Part shown: positions 46,153-59,922 of the stretch, one piece after another
Numbering within the stretch: position 1 is the first letter of the stretch
Layout: each line of letters opens with the position of its first letter
Assembly: GCF_032191835.1 (NCBI RefSeq)
Contig: NC_083236.1
Span: 33,046,001-33,110,000, forward strand
DNA from: Heteronotia binoei
Taxonomy: Eukaryota
Direction of reading: 5' to 3'
DNA: 64,000 nt
The notes under the pieces: generated by a model
The model's database searches: none
What the model was told of the DNA's origin: nothing
The model's input: only the letters and a program-made list of their open reading frames with translations
Position numbers and translations under genes: made by a program

Positions 46153-47877
46153 TTAAAAACAAAAAAAAGCAGCCTGCCTTTGTGTGTATCTGTGTGTATG
46201 GAGGGGAAAGGGAACTCATTTCCACCTGTTAAGGAATTACACATGTATCTTGAAAGTTATACTGTCCAGTAGGATTGAGATTCTTATAATGGCTTCTAAA
46301 TTGTGAATTTATGTTCACTGGATATATTTTAAAAATGTAATATTCTTCCCTAACCGCCCCGCCACTGTAAAACTCTTCTTTGACCTGTGGATCACAAACA
46401 ACCTTATCTCAGTCAAGGGTCTGTTCCATCCTTATCTCAGATGAAAAAAATGTGTAAAGGGTTTATTTCCCTTTTCTCCCTAGAAAGAACACAGGGTGTA
46501 CTCCGTAAAGAAGTAAAAGTGAATTATGAACTTTCTTTTGGAATTCTAGACCCTGACCTCTTGTCTGTTTTATCCTACTTTAAAAAAAGACTGTTGAATC
46601 TTGTTCATAATACCAGCTTGATCTCTTGCTCCCATCAAATGATCATCTTATTAAAATGACATGCTCTAAGCCTAAAGTCTTGAGTGGATGTTTTTCTCTC
46701 TCAGATAGATTTTGGGGGAAGGGGGGGGAGTTATATTAGGATTTTGAAAACTCCCCTAGCACCACCATTATAAAGTTCTTTTGAGAAAACGATGGCTGCC
46801 CCTGCAAAAGAAGTGCTATGAGCCTTTGAGAGAAATCTTGCAGAAGAGACCAAGTATGCAACAGGATCTATATAAGAAGGTCGCTAGGTTCCAGCAAAAT
46901 CTCAAAAGTCTGAAAAAATGGCTAAATGTGATCTTCAGGGTCATTGCTCCCACTGTGACTAACAAAACAAAAATTATGCCAAAAACAGACCTCCAAAGCA
47001 GAATTACGCTAACCAAGAGCAACTGTACAAATGTGTTTAATCGGCATAATTTATGCAAATTACAAAATCCAACACAAAACATGGATTGCTTGAGAAGCAA
47101 AATTTTATTTGTTTTTGCATTCTCAGTCCAGTTCTATTTTTATTTTAAAACTTTGCCTTTCCACCTTTACAAGGTCTCCAAGTCTACAAAGCAATCAGCA
47201 TCTTCCTGTGTATCTTTCAAGGAACCCAGCTCCAGCCACATACAAGACTCCAGCAGTAATGCTGGGGAAAGTTGCATGTTGAAGGGAGATTTATGCATAT
47301 ATTCCCAAAGAGTTAAATAAAAATCAGATAAATTGTTATTTTGATGATTCACTAGACAAAGTTTGGGTGAGCTATCCTATTACAAGTCAGTGCAAACAGG
47401 AGGTGCCAACAAATGCATGTCAATTGGCTATGTAGGAAGTAGTAGAAACAGTGAAAAGGTATCAGGGTCTAAAAACAGAAGTAAATGTTGGGTATATGTT
47501 TAAAGAACATTTTAAATGCATCTTAAGGACAGAGCAGTAGAGAGCATTTTCTGATTTTAAGGCTTTTCCACATAGGGTTTTTTCATTGGTTCTAACCCCA
47601 TACTACTTTGGTGCATCCCTTGTTTTCCACATACATTTTTGTGCCTTTACTTTTCATTTCTGCTTTTCTTTTCCCCGCTTTTTTTCATTTCTTTTGAGAC
47701 CACTTTTTCTGTAAGTGGGGTTTTGAGTTGGCTTTTTCCCTTTGCTGCATTATTCGCATTGGTTTTCTTTGTCCTGCTCACTCCCACCCACCTCCTACCC
47801 ACTTTTCAATTCTACTTCCGAGTGGATCTGCTAGAGACTGTTCCCTAAAGTGACCAAATAAATGCTAGCACGACAAC

Positions 47878-48039
47878 CAGGGCTTTTTTTCTGCTGGAAC
47901 TCACAGGAGCGGAGCTCTGTCTGGGGCAGCTTGCTGGCCCGACTTGCCATGCAGCAGCCATGTGCTCCCAGGCCAGGCAGTATGGCCCAATATGCAAATG
48001 AGTTCCTGCTGGGATTTTTTTCTACAAAAAAAACCACTG
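47878..48039. mobile_element. hAT-type MITE, same family
   Basis: CAGGGCTTTTTTT start and AATATGCAAATGAGTTCCTGCTGG...AAAAAAAACCACTG end. Confidence 0.7.
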
Positions 48040-48194
48040 ATGACCATGACTAACAATAGCTAAAACAGATCCTGATCAAGTGACTGGTCTTCGGCTGTTG
48101 AGCCACAAATTCAAATTCAGGAAGATCAAAATGCCTTTGAACTAATCCAGACTGACCTAAAAATCAAAGCCAGCTACTTGGACAGCAGCGATTA

Positions 48195-48365
<171 letters not shown>

Positions 48366-50743
48366 TCAGCAACAGACTGGCTAAGCATCCCTGGAACATT
48401 CTGTTAACGTAAAATAAAAAGTTTACACGCAAAACTGTAACTAGCTTTGCACACGGTCTCAGTGGGAAAAAACATAAATCCTACGGGCTTGTTCAGATGT
48501 AACAGTGGCTCTGATCTTGTAAGATTTGTTATGGTGGATTTTAATTTTAAAAAATCTGAACACTTCATTACATGATTCAGTTGGTATCAGTCCTAAATAA
48601 CAAAACAATTTATGACATGTCAAAACGTTATAATTTACATTAAAATATGGTTGACATCTTCAGCTGTAAGTCTCCAGTTGTAGAATAAGATGGTAACTCT
48701 GCTCAAATAATCAATCAATCTTTATTATCACGACCCAAGATCAGCATATATATCGGCAATCGTGTAAACATTTTGCTCAAATAAAAAGGCTAACCTTTTC
48801 CATTTAATTTATGTATACATCAAATGTTGAATTTAACAAGAAAAGAAAAAAACTTGGCTGATCTTTAACTGTAATAAATTATTGATGGATGTATATATCA
48901 ATCGCAGCAATTGTACAAACATGCGTTTTCTCTTACAAAAAAATTAGCACGTTTAAAAGGGACTGCTCCTCTACACATTACCTTGCTTTATTGCAAAATA
49001 AGATTCAAGTATCTACGATCTCTATGTTTTCTCAATGTGTCAAAAGAACAACCCGATAAGATTTGAATCTTAAGTCTGATTAATGTTTATCGCTGGCCAC
49101 TGCCAAAAAGCTCTTGGGATGTTCCAGCCCATTACTGTAGAATTTAACTACTATGTGTTTTCCTATCAGATTTTTGATACACAGGCTGGTTCCACACTAG
49201 TTGTTTAGTCTGGAAATAGCATAAATTGTTAATTTTTCTGTTCTTAATTTAAAAACAAACAAACAAAGGAATTCCAGTGCGGTTAACCTACTGTGTTTCA
49301 GTGTTTTTCTATGTTCTTTTCCTGAGTGTTTTCAGATCTGACTTCGGAATTCAGACTTCTGCTGAAGGAGATGTATTTCTAAGCATACATATATCAGGGT
49401 CTTTACTCTTGATGGGGTCCACACAGCCACATTTTTAAAGCAAATATAGCGCTATATTAAATGCAATATGGGACCCTCACTTTTGCTTGCACCTTAATGT
49501 GGAAAAGGGACCCTTTGCTGTATGAAACTACCCCTTGATTTCAGTCTAAGTGCTTCTATTCTGGTCCTCCGGCAAATAAAGCGGTTCACCACATTCCAGT
49601 AAAGGCAACCAACATCTTTCTCTCTCCAAACATTAAATGGTGTTATTCTTGCCAAGGCTAAGAGGCTGGGAGCCAGCCATGGGAAGCACATGCACCACAG
49701 CACAAATCTTACGGCTAATCCAGATTCCCATTTAACAAGTTGTGGAAGAGGCCAGATTCTTGTAAAGAATTTCAGAATCTGGGTTAAGAAGAATTCCTGG
49801 TCGGACTTAAGCATGAATTAAGGATGGCGCTAACATGTGCTTTAAATTCTCCTTAAAGTGGGAGAGGTGAATTTGTTTTCCTAGACGAGAGGGCGTATGG
49901 TGTTCCCGCAACTGACTCCTGATCTCTTAACAGCAGTTGGAAGCTATCGAAACCATTTTGTCTGTGATGGCCCAAGAGGAAAGACATTACTCCCCATTCC
50001 ATCCTAGGTATTTATTAAATATGCACACTACTGGGGAAAAGTCCTCACAATGTAACACAAACTACTGCCATTTTTTAAAAGCACAAAGACGTTATCATAC
50101 AGTGCAACAACTCTGTGCGGTGGTGGAAAGTGCCATCAAGTCAAAGCTGACTTATAGCGACCCCGTAGGGTTTTCAAGGCAAGAGATGGACAGAGGCGGT
50201 TTGCCATTGCCTGCCTCCGTGTGGTAACCTGGTATTCCCTGGAGGTCTGCCATCCATTTACTTCGCTTCAAAGACCTGACGAGATCAGGCTTGCCTGGGC
50301 TATCCCAGTCACAGCACAACAATTCAAGTAAATCATATATAATGAAAATCAAGTAAAACGATAAGGGTCAACTGTATTTGTGAGAATGGGGCAAACAAGC
50401 TTAGTTTCTATGCTTTATTTCAAAACTGGCAATTTAATTCTTTTGCAGCTGGCACATTACAATTTTATTTTAGTTTATTTTGCAAAAAGCAGTAAAGGCA
50501 GCAGGAGAGAAAGGATCTGGGTGCAGGAACATAACGCAGAGGCCACAAGGGAACAACAAAGACCAAGGGAAGGAACAGACCGGCTGCTGTCACTGACACT
50601 GCCGGCACATTCCTAAACAACTCCTCCCACTATTGACAAAGTTAAACTGGAGCTTGAAAGTCTCAGGAATCCCTACACTGGTATAATTTACAGCAAGCAA
50701 CATCAGAGATCCTGTCTCTCTTTAGGCGAGGGGAGCCTGCTAT

Positions 50744-50986
50744 GAACTGGCCAATTCACTCCCTGGGATCCACATGTGCAAGCAAGGCACTGAGACCAAG
50801 CTAGAACTAGCATTGACAACATACCAGGTGTTTGTTCACTTGGCTCCAAAGCACAAGAATTAAGAACTGGCCAATTCACTCCCTGGGATCCACATGTGCA
50901 AGCAAGGCACTGAGACCAAGCTAGAACAAGCATTGACAACATACCAGGTGTTTGTTCACTTGGCTCCAAAGCACAAGAATTAAGAA
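50744..50986. repeat. 120-bp direct tandem duplication
   Basis: Copies start at 50744 and 50864 and differ at one position (ACTAG vs ACAAG). Confidence 0.95.
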
Positions 50987-51091
50987 AATTCCCAAAATAG
51001 AACTCAGGATAGATTGGGGTGGGGGGGAAGAGATGAATAGATAGACAAACAGACAGACAGATATGCATCAATCGGTATATAGTAAACTTAC

Positions 51092-51136
51092 TTTTCTACT
51101 GCCATCACTTTCCAGTTTCCCAAGAATCATATCAAA
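51092..51136 (-). CDS. NUP93: NUP93 exon (45 bp, exon 16 equivalent)
   Basis: FDMILGKLESDGSRK; tag acceptor, gtaagt donor. Confidence 0.95.
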
Positions 51137-52512
51137 CTATCCATGCAAATAAAAAGAAAACAAAATTAAGAAGGGCACACATTACAAGGTTCTGCAAGAC
51201 CGTTTTGCTGTCACTTCTGAGTAATAAATATCTTCTTAAGACTCGCTGCAACATCAGATGTTTGTACAGTCTATCAACAAATGATACAACAGTCTATCAA
51301 CAAAGCAACAGGTAAACGTCAGATTGCCTGTTGAGAAAGCCCTGTGGACTCTGCCACAGAACCTCTGTGGTATTCCAGAGAACACGGGGACACGTTTTAG
51401 ATGCGGTGAAGTCAATCCAACAAGGCATTTACAAGGAACATATGCATTATAATGCACATACGTTTTTATTTTTTCATTTTATTTACTTCATTTATATCCA
51501 GCCTTTCTCCTAAAGGGACCTAAAGTGGCTTACATTGTTCTTCTCTCCTCTACTTCATCCTCACAACAACCCTGTGAAGTAGGTTAGGCTGGATGAATGG
51601 CCCGTAGTCACACAGCAAGCGTCCATGGCAAAGTGGGGATTTGAACCTGAGATCTTCCAGATTTTAAACAAACCACCACACCGCTTTGCCTCTCTTTATG
51701 GCAGGGATTATATGTGAAGCGCAGTCTTCCTTGTTCACAGATGGAAGACACAAAAGGCCTTTTATTGGCTTGTAGGGTAAATATCCTCTTGGAATTTTTC
51801 AGAACTGTTCATTAACATCAGAGTCAACAATATTTTACAACAATTATGACCATATTATTACCTCAAAGGAGGTTATTACTCTAGTTCAAGAAGCAGTCCT
51901 GGGTGCTTCAGTAGCCCCCACTGCTGATGAAGTCAACTATTTTCTTTATGGAACTCTCTCCCTTCTGAAATACTGACCCTATGTAATGGGATCATTTGTC
52001 CGGGATTAAATGGGGACATGTCAACATTGCTCGCTTTCAAACTTCCTTTTTTCCAGATGTGTAAACGTATCAGAACTGGCTAATTTTTAATAAATGATCC
52101 CAGTGAGGCCTTTAGTGTATCCTGGCTCATTAGTGCACCTCAGCTCAAGATCACTTGAAATAAAGTTTTGTACTTCTCAGCACTTGTGCAGGCTCCTGCC
52201 CAAAACCGTGGGACCCCCACTGACCGAGAAAGCTGGTCCTACTGCAGTGTCTGTGTGATTTTTGGGAAGACCCTGATTAAAATCTCACATCTTTCAGGCA
52301 TTCGTCATGGGCATTTCTTCCTCACATCTGCACTATCAGGGAAATAATGGCTTGCTTGGTATCCTAGGGTAGTTTTTGAGGATGCTTGGTGTTCCCTTGC
52401 ACACAGTTTTGGGGGTGGGGGACACCTCTGCTTTAGCAAGCTCTTCCAAATATGGCTAAATTGCATCCTATGGAAGGAAAAAAAGGAAGGCACAAGGCTA
52501 TTTCTGTGTTAC

Positions 52513-52585
52513 CTCTCGACTCTCGATCACTAGCTCGCTGACGCAGCGCAAGAACATGTTCTCCCCCTGGCTGTCCTTCTCATTC
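52513..52585 (-). CDS. NUP93: NUP93 exon (73 bp, exon 15 equivalent)
   Basis: [24 protein letters not shown]; cag acceptor, gtaaca donor. Confidence 0.97.
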
Positions 52586-52690
52586 CTGGAAAAATGGGAG
52601 GGGAAAGGCATTGCAGCTTTCAGGCTCGCACTCTGTGGCCATTCGAACAAAAGCAAAAATGCACAGCTTGGTAGTGGCTGCAAGAACTCA

Positions 52691-52852
<162 letters not shown>

Positions 52853-54345
52853 TTAAGGTCTCAACAACACTCAGGCTGCTTTAATACATCCAAGACAGCA
52901 TTCGTAGGAACAGCACCATGTACCTCTGAAGGGCTTTTTCAGTCACTAGAGACTTTGTGCGCAGGGCCTTATATAAAGGTTGCATGAAAGCGTATCTATT
53001 TGTGGCCAGAAGTATTCTGCCATGTTCAGAAACTAGCATGGTCTGCTTTGGAACTCCCTGAACCATCTGGCTTGATTACAGAAAAGTAAACAAAAAAAGA
53101 AAAGGGCAAGGCAAGGGCAAAGGCAAAGGCAAGAGCAAGGCAAGGCTTGGGGTCATAATGGCAGTTCCACAATTCAGATTTCCCGGTGCAGACTTTGATA
53201 TATGAATTATGAATATGACAATCCCTCTTTCCTTCCCTCCACCCAACCCAGGTATTGCTATAATAGTGTGGTTGTATGGATGACCATCAATAACCCACCA
53301 CCCTTCCTGTTCACCTTAAAATTCAGATAGCACACAATCCCTGTCTGCTGGGAAACAAAAGAGGGTCATTAAAGTGAGGGAACTGAAAAAAGCATTTCCA
53401 CCCCCCCCCAGAACTCAAGAGAGTCTCATAAGATCTGAGAATCTTTATACTCTAGGGACCTTGATTCTCACTGACTTCTCATGCAAGTAAATCAAACGGA
53501 CAGGAAAATCGTTGTGTGACACACACACACTCTTTCATTCCTTATTTGCTGACCTATTTGTCTGTCGCAATGAGTTAACAATCAGCGACTTAGATTACTT
53601 CCCGCTCCCTGCAAAAAAGGACAGCTCTATAAATGTCTTTTAGTGATGGCAACCAAAACCGGAATCTCCATGTTTAAAGGTAGAATACCTCATAATATAT
53701 GCTAGATGCTGAAAACGCTCTTATGTGCTCTTGAAGAGCATCTAGCTGAGCACTGCTGAAGACAGAACACTGGAGTGGATGTGTTGTAGGTCTGACCAAA
53801 AAAATGGTTATAGCAATTATTAATTGCTAATTGCATAGTTATACCACATAGAACATGGCACATTTGCAAAACTGTGTCATGGGGTAACTAGCTGCTGCAG
53901 ACTGATGTGTGCGTGCGTGCCCACCCTCCTTGCAAACTCTGCAACATGCACCACTGACCACCTCTCAGAAAAAAAAATCCAAACCAGGGGTTGAGCCAGG
54001 CACTGCAGTGATCCTGGCATGCTCCCACATCAAAGCATCCACAAAACTGAAACACTCTCCAAATCAGTCAAGCAAATACCCCACAGCAAACATCCCAAGA
54101 AGTCAGCAGAAGCAGCTGCTAGTCTTCTGCCCCGCCAGAAGAAAGAGGCTGTAAAGATGAAGAAGTGAAGGAGGCTTATCTGTTCTGCAGTGACTGAGGC
54201 TCTCTTTTCTCATCTGCTATCAAACTGCTAGTCAAACTCATTAACGGATGATTTCAAAGCCCTGAGTCGCACGTCTCTTCTGCTCTGGTGGCTTTGATGC
54301 AAGAGGCAAATCAGGTCACTGTGGGGAAAGGAATGCGGGACTCAC

Positions 54346-54537
54346 AAAGCTGTGCGCTCTGCCCGGAAGATTTCAGGAGCAGCTTGAGCTCGAACAGGAC
54401 CAAGGCAACGTGAATAGCGTGACAGCGCAAACGCTCGGTGCGGAAGAGGAAAGCGATGGCGGCTTCAAACTGGGCTGTTAGGAACAACACCTGGAAGTAG
54501 AGGAACGGCTGCTGGTTCACTGCAAAGTGCGACTCGC
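54346..54537 (-). CDS. NUP93: NUP93 exon (192 bp, exon 13 equivalent)
   Basis: [63 protein letters not shown]; cag acceptor, gtgagt donor. Confidence 0.98.
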
Positions 54538-55319
54538 CTGAGGGAACACAAAAGGATGACAAAAGATCTGTCAAGCTGGTTCTCGTGACTGTAGGTACTG
54601 CTTGGCAGAAGAAGTAGACATTGCTGAATGAGAGCAAAATGTGATGCATCTGTCTTCTGATGAGCCTTAAAAGCTCCTGAGTCTCTCCTAAGAGAGATTA
54701 CCAGTGCTGCTTCCAGCAGGGCCACCAGAGGGTCCCACTACTGAAGCTTCCAGCAGGTGGAAAGTGGAGGAAAGGAGGACATTGGGACAGTATCCTCCCC
54801 TCACACATCATTTTTGCCAACTAACAGTGGCAAGGTTCTGCCAGGTCCCCAGCAATGAAGCAGTATTTGATGACGCTTCTTACATTATGTAGGGGGAATG
54901 TTTAAACAACTGTGCAGCTCAGCAACAGTCTTCTAATAAAGAATGCAGATTTTAACTGCAAGTGTCTTTGGGAACCAATGGGGCTGAAAAATGGGGCAGA
55001 AACACTTCCAATCGATAATAAAATTAAAATGGATATACTACGCTACTTCTACTAATAACAATTAAAACTGGGCTGCTTGTCTCCTAGCAGACCTCACTGC
55101 ATGCGCAATAAAAAGGCAATATGCCAGTCAGGTTATTAGACTTGCAGTAGTCCCCACTATGATACGATGCATCAAGTCTGATAAGTGGATTCCTTTAAAA
55201 TCACCATGTCTTTTCAATGTGCTGAGACAAGTCTTTGCATTGGCTGCATTTCACAAAAGCCACTGGGTCACCCACATCTACGAAACCCAGAAGAGTCCTC
55301 AGAAACACACCCTGGCTTA

Positions 55320-55418
<99 letters not shown>

Positions 55419-55563
55419 CTATATATATACACACATACAGAAGATGAAGAAAGCAACGTTTAAAAATAATCCTTTCTCTTCCCAATGAAGGCTTGCAACA
55501 CCAGGCCCTTTGACAGATGCCACATTTATTTATGGCATTTATACCTCACCTATCTCCTCAGCG

Positions 55564-56315
55564 GAAGATGATGATGATATTGGATTTATATCCCACCCTC
55601 CACTCCCAATTTCAGTCTCAGAGCACCTCACAATCTCCTTTATCTTCCTCCTCCACGACAGACACTGTGATGTGGGTGGGGCTGAGAGGACAACCTCTGT
55701 CAGAGCTATGGCTGACCTAAGGCCATTCCAGCAGGTGCAAGTGGAGGAGTGGGGAATCAAACCCAGTTCTCCCGGATAAGAGTCTGCACACTTAACCACT
55801 ACACCGTCTTTCCCCATACGAAAGGGACCGTCTTTCCCCATACGAACCCCAGAGAGCACTGAGGTCAGTCGGGAAAAATCTAATGACCATCCCCGGGGCG
55901 AAGGAGATAAAATATCAGAGCACCAGAGCACGGGCATTCTCGATTGCGGCTCCTACTCTGTGGAACCGACTCCCCGAGGAGGTGCGGGCCCTGCGGAACC
56001 TTGAGCAGTTCCGCAGGGCCTGCAAGACCGTCTTTTTCAAATTTGCACACCCGGACTGTTAGGAAGATCAGAAATTAAGGAGCCGCCAACGCGGTTGAAG
56101 AACTATACCGCAGAATAACTGTATTTATTGAACTGGTTTTTAATGTTATTAAGTTTATTGTTGATGTTTTATATTGTTAAACTTAAAGGTTTTATTATTA
56201 TTGTTGTATGTTTTTATAAAATGTTGTTAGCCGCCCTGAGCCTGCTGAGGTGGGGAGGGCGGGATAGAAATAAATTAAATTAAAATTAATTAAAAAAAAT
56301 TACACCAAACTGGCT
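55564..56315 (-). mobile_element. tRNA-derived SINE (Squam3-like), split by the L2 insertion
   Basis: Reverse complement of the 56641-56912 copy; body at 55564-55805, last head nucleotides AAACTGGCT at 56307-56315. Confidence 0.8.
55806..56300 (+). mobile_element. 5'-truncated L2-type LINE nested in a SINE
   Basis: Homologous to 44990-45450 (RDRLSPYEPQRALRS...APTLWNRLPEEVR); same 3' tail; TSD TACACC at 55800-55805 and 56301-56306. Confidence 0.85.
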
Positions 56316-56640
56316 CCCAAACTGGAGATCCAAAGCAGCTCACATCATTCTCTCCTCCGTGTTATCTTCACGACAACCCTGTGAGGTAGGTTAGGCTGAG
56401 AGTGTGTGACTGGCCCAAAGTCACCCAGCAACCTTCCAAGGCAGAGTGGGGATTCGAACTTGGGTCTTCCAGATCTTAGCCTGACATTCAAACCACTACA
56501 AGACACTGGGTCCTATGACTGACAAAACTCATCTGAAAACCAATCAGGCTTTTTTTTAAAAAAGAGATATGCTTCACAAAATGGATAACTGGACCTGAAA
56601 CTGACATTCCACTTCAGCGATTAATCCAGGGGATAGTCAT

Positions 56641-56912
56641 GTTTGGTGTAGTGGTTAAGTGTGCGGACTCTTATCTGGGAGAACCGGGTTTGATTCCCCA
56701 CTCCTCCACTTGCACCTGCTAGCATGGCCTTGGGTCAGCCATAGCTCTGGCAGAGGTTGTCCTTGAAAGGGCAGCTGCTGGGAGAGCCCACTCCAGCCCC
56801 ACCCACCTCACAGGGTGTCTGTTGTGAGGGAGGAAGGTAAAGGAGATTGTGAGCCGCTCTGAGACTCTTCGGAGTGGAGGGCGGGATATAAATCCAATAT
56901 CTTCTTCTTCTT
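56641..56912 (+). mobile_element. Near full-length tRNA-derived SINE (Squam3-like) with L2-type tail
   Basis: A box TGGTGTAGTGG, B box GGTTTGATTCC, tail GTGAGCCGCTCTGAG...GGGATATAAATCC and (TTC)n. Further copies at 15693-15926 (-) and about 60915-61143 (+). Confidence 0.85.
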
Positions 56913-57547
56913 CTTTATCAAACTCAGTTCCCCGTTTGTAAAATGGGAATAACTCTGATCCATCTTGCAGGAATATTATTGGTGGAAGGCATATACCAAT
57001 CCTCAGTTTCTTCATTTGTTCTTAAACAGATACTCGACTGAAGAAAAGTGGAGTATTTCTAACAAAAACCTACAGAGCAATTTTATTCAATTAATGGTGC
57101 AAACCCAATGCAGAATGAGCCCAAAAGAAGAAGTTTGGGTTTACAGCAGTAAAAACTGTTAGCTGCATCCACTGTCACTCTTCACATGTATTGAGCAGTC
57201 ACTACAGAGGCACACATTAGTTCAAACTAGATCCCTCCCTTTTGGCCTGATACTAGAAGGCGCTGAGATTGGAATGGCTTCACTGCCCTGTATGTTGCAA
57301 GATCTTAGCAAGAACCCTGTGGGGCGTGATTGCTCTTGGCAGATCATATCCAGTAAAATGTTAGAAGGTGGATTTAAATGCACAGCAATCTTGGCTGTTC
57401 ATATCCAGTAAAAATGTTAGAAGGGGGATCTAAATATACAGCAAATGGGAGTACACTTTCAGAAGTTCAAAACTGTAACTGAAGGAAGGAGAGACAGAAA
57501 TGAGACATGCTAGCTCTGAAAATTAGGAAAGACAAAAGCAGAATTAC

Positions 57548-57713
57548 CTTCAGCCAAAGGTAATCCTCCGTTTTATCAGCAACTTCACTGTGGTTATCAG
57601 CAATGTCGCACCGGCCTATGATGCAGTAAACAGCTCTTTTGTAAGGGTCGGTGTTGTTTCTCAAGGCTCGTCTGTAATGGAGGCGAACCTTGTTCTCAGT
57701 GCCAGGAGACAAC
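57548..57713 (-). CDS. NUP93: NUP93 exon (166 bp, exon 11 equivalent)
   Basis: [55 protein letters not shown]; cag acceptor, gtaatt donor. Confidence 0.98.
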
Positions 57714-58756
57714 CTGCAATTGAAAGAAGACACATTATCAGATGGAAGGCCTGGAAAACACCAGGCTTGTAGCCTCCTCATTCCCAGCACTATCCTCCTC
57801 CAGGCAGCAGCCTGACCACCCCACTCCACCAAGGCTGAGCACAAGCAGCTTCCCTGAAACATACAGGCTGTACTGCTCCCATATGCCCCTGTGCTGGTTT
57901 TTACCCTGGTCCCCCCTGACCTTGTTAGCTGCAGAGGGCACAGCACTGGAAGGAGTCCCTAGTGAGTAAGGCAATAGGTGCAGCTCCCCAGAATAAATGC
58001 AAAATGCACACACCCTTAGCAGAATCTGCAAACAGAAATAAGCCATGAGTTCAGAAGGCACTACTCATTCATTGGCAGGATGTTGGAGAAGGCAGCGAAG
58101 TCATGGCCAGCAGAGGAAGCAGGAAGGCATACCAGCCTCTGAAATGGCATCTACAAGATCAGGGGCTCTTCAGGGCACCACAGAGCAAAGTGATTTGCTT
58201 TCTTTCCTCTGCTTCCTCCCCTTCACATGTCCTCTTGTACTTGCCTTGGGATTTTTAACTCATTATGCTTCATCACCTCTCTCTATTCTCTCTGTCTCCA
58301 AGGTGCAAAAAAGCCCAAAACGTTTGGTGCAAAAGTATTCCCGGTGTCAACACAGTGGGCACAGCTGCAACTCCCTCTCTATAACACCCAGCAGAGCATC
58401 CTCAGCATGCGGCTTCAGCAGGTCTGATGACTGCAGGGTTTGCACTAAGACTGGAATGGTGGGGTGAATTTTTTTTTTTACTGTTAATAAACCAGTTTCA
58501 TGGGGAAGTTTCTGCATGTTTTTCAGTAGGTTCTTCCCCTGTGAAAAACTCACAGCTTTGTAGTCCTGACTTCAAGATATTGCACAGAACTTAATACACA
58601 TGCAAGGCCAATGCCGCTCTCTGTTTTCACAGGAGTGTACAACGAGGCATCAGAGTTGCACGTTCTCAGCAAAACTATTTCCCCTGCTGCCGGTTGCTCT
58701 CCCCTTTTTCCCTCCCTTCCCTCAATCTCCTGCTTCTTCCAGAGACTGCCCGGTAC

Positions 58757-58914
58757 CTTTTGTCTTTGCTGTGCATGTACTCCTGAAACCAGGTCTTGAA
58801 CTCTCCCAGCTGATGCTGTGCGCGATTCACCACCTGTAAGGCTGCCACTAAGTCCCCACATCGCATGCAGTAGTAAATGAGTGCCCAGACTGGATGGCCC
58901 TCCACCTCTCCATC
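58757..58914 (-). CDS. NUP93: NUP93 exon (158 bp, exon 10 equivalent)
   Basis: [52 protein letters not shown]; cag acceptor, gtaccg donor. Confidence 0.97.
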
Positions 58915-59700
58915 CTGAAAAGCAGACAAAAAGATAAAAACTGAAGGTGACCAGGGGGAAGGGAAAGAAAAACAGAGCTTTTCTAGCAACATCATCTGTT
59001 TTTTTTACTGCAGCGGTTAACCACTATCTCGACTCCAGCACTTCAGACTGTAGGTAAGGGCTCACATGACTGTTCGCCCATTTTTTTTCTTTGTATGATC
59101 ATAAGAGTCGAAAGTCTGATCTGTGTGCCTAAATCTTTGCTTCTCCAGGTCAGCCACCTTGGCGTTAAAAGTGAAAACTCATTCCCTAAGAACCAGCAGC
59201 TCCTTGCACTGCGCACGCATCCATGACTTCTGTTCAACTGGCAGAGAGTCATACACGTTGCACTCAGTGCAATACATTGATAGCCCCCAACCCCCCTGCT
59301 GGCATTCTACCTTCATAATTGCTCTTCCCTTCTCCTTTTTTAAAAAATAAGTTTCCTATTTATGTAGCTCTGTTTGTGGAAAGTGTGCTTACTCTTCTAG
59401 GGATGTGGAGAGTCTAGTGCCCTGGCTACCTCACCCAACTGTTAAACTTGCTTGTCTGGTAAACATGCCTGTTTATTCCCTTGTTCCAAACACTTCAGCA
59501 CGGAAGCTAGGGCCTGCCCCTGCTAGGAGCCCTGAAACCTAATTTATGCAGATTGTGGAAATCCAGGCCATGAAGGTCAGACCGTCTTTTTTAACCTCCA
59601 GAATGTGCACAGTGCTGTCTGGAAGGAGTGTCACCAAAGTCTTCAAACAAATCATCCTTCTCAAGCTCTGGTTTCCTACATGCATATCACTCCCGTTTCA

Positions 59701-59922
<222 letters not shown>

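Noticed and set aside
46781-47320. 179-aa plus-strand ORF antisense to a NUP93 intron
   Set aside because: No ATG in a credible context and no recognisable domain; the A-rich surroundings look like decayed LINE sequence that I cannot assign.
53100-53147. (A)AGGGCA/AGGCA-type short repeat as a functional element
   Set aside because: An ordinary degenerate microsatellite with no further structure.
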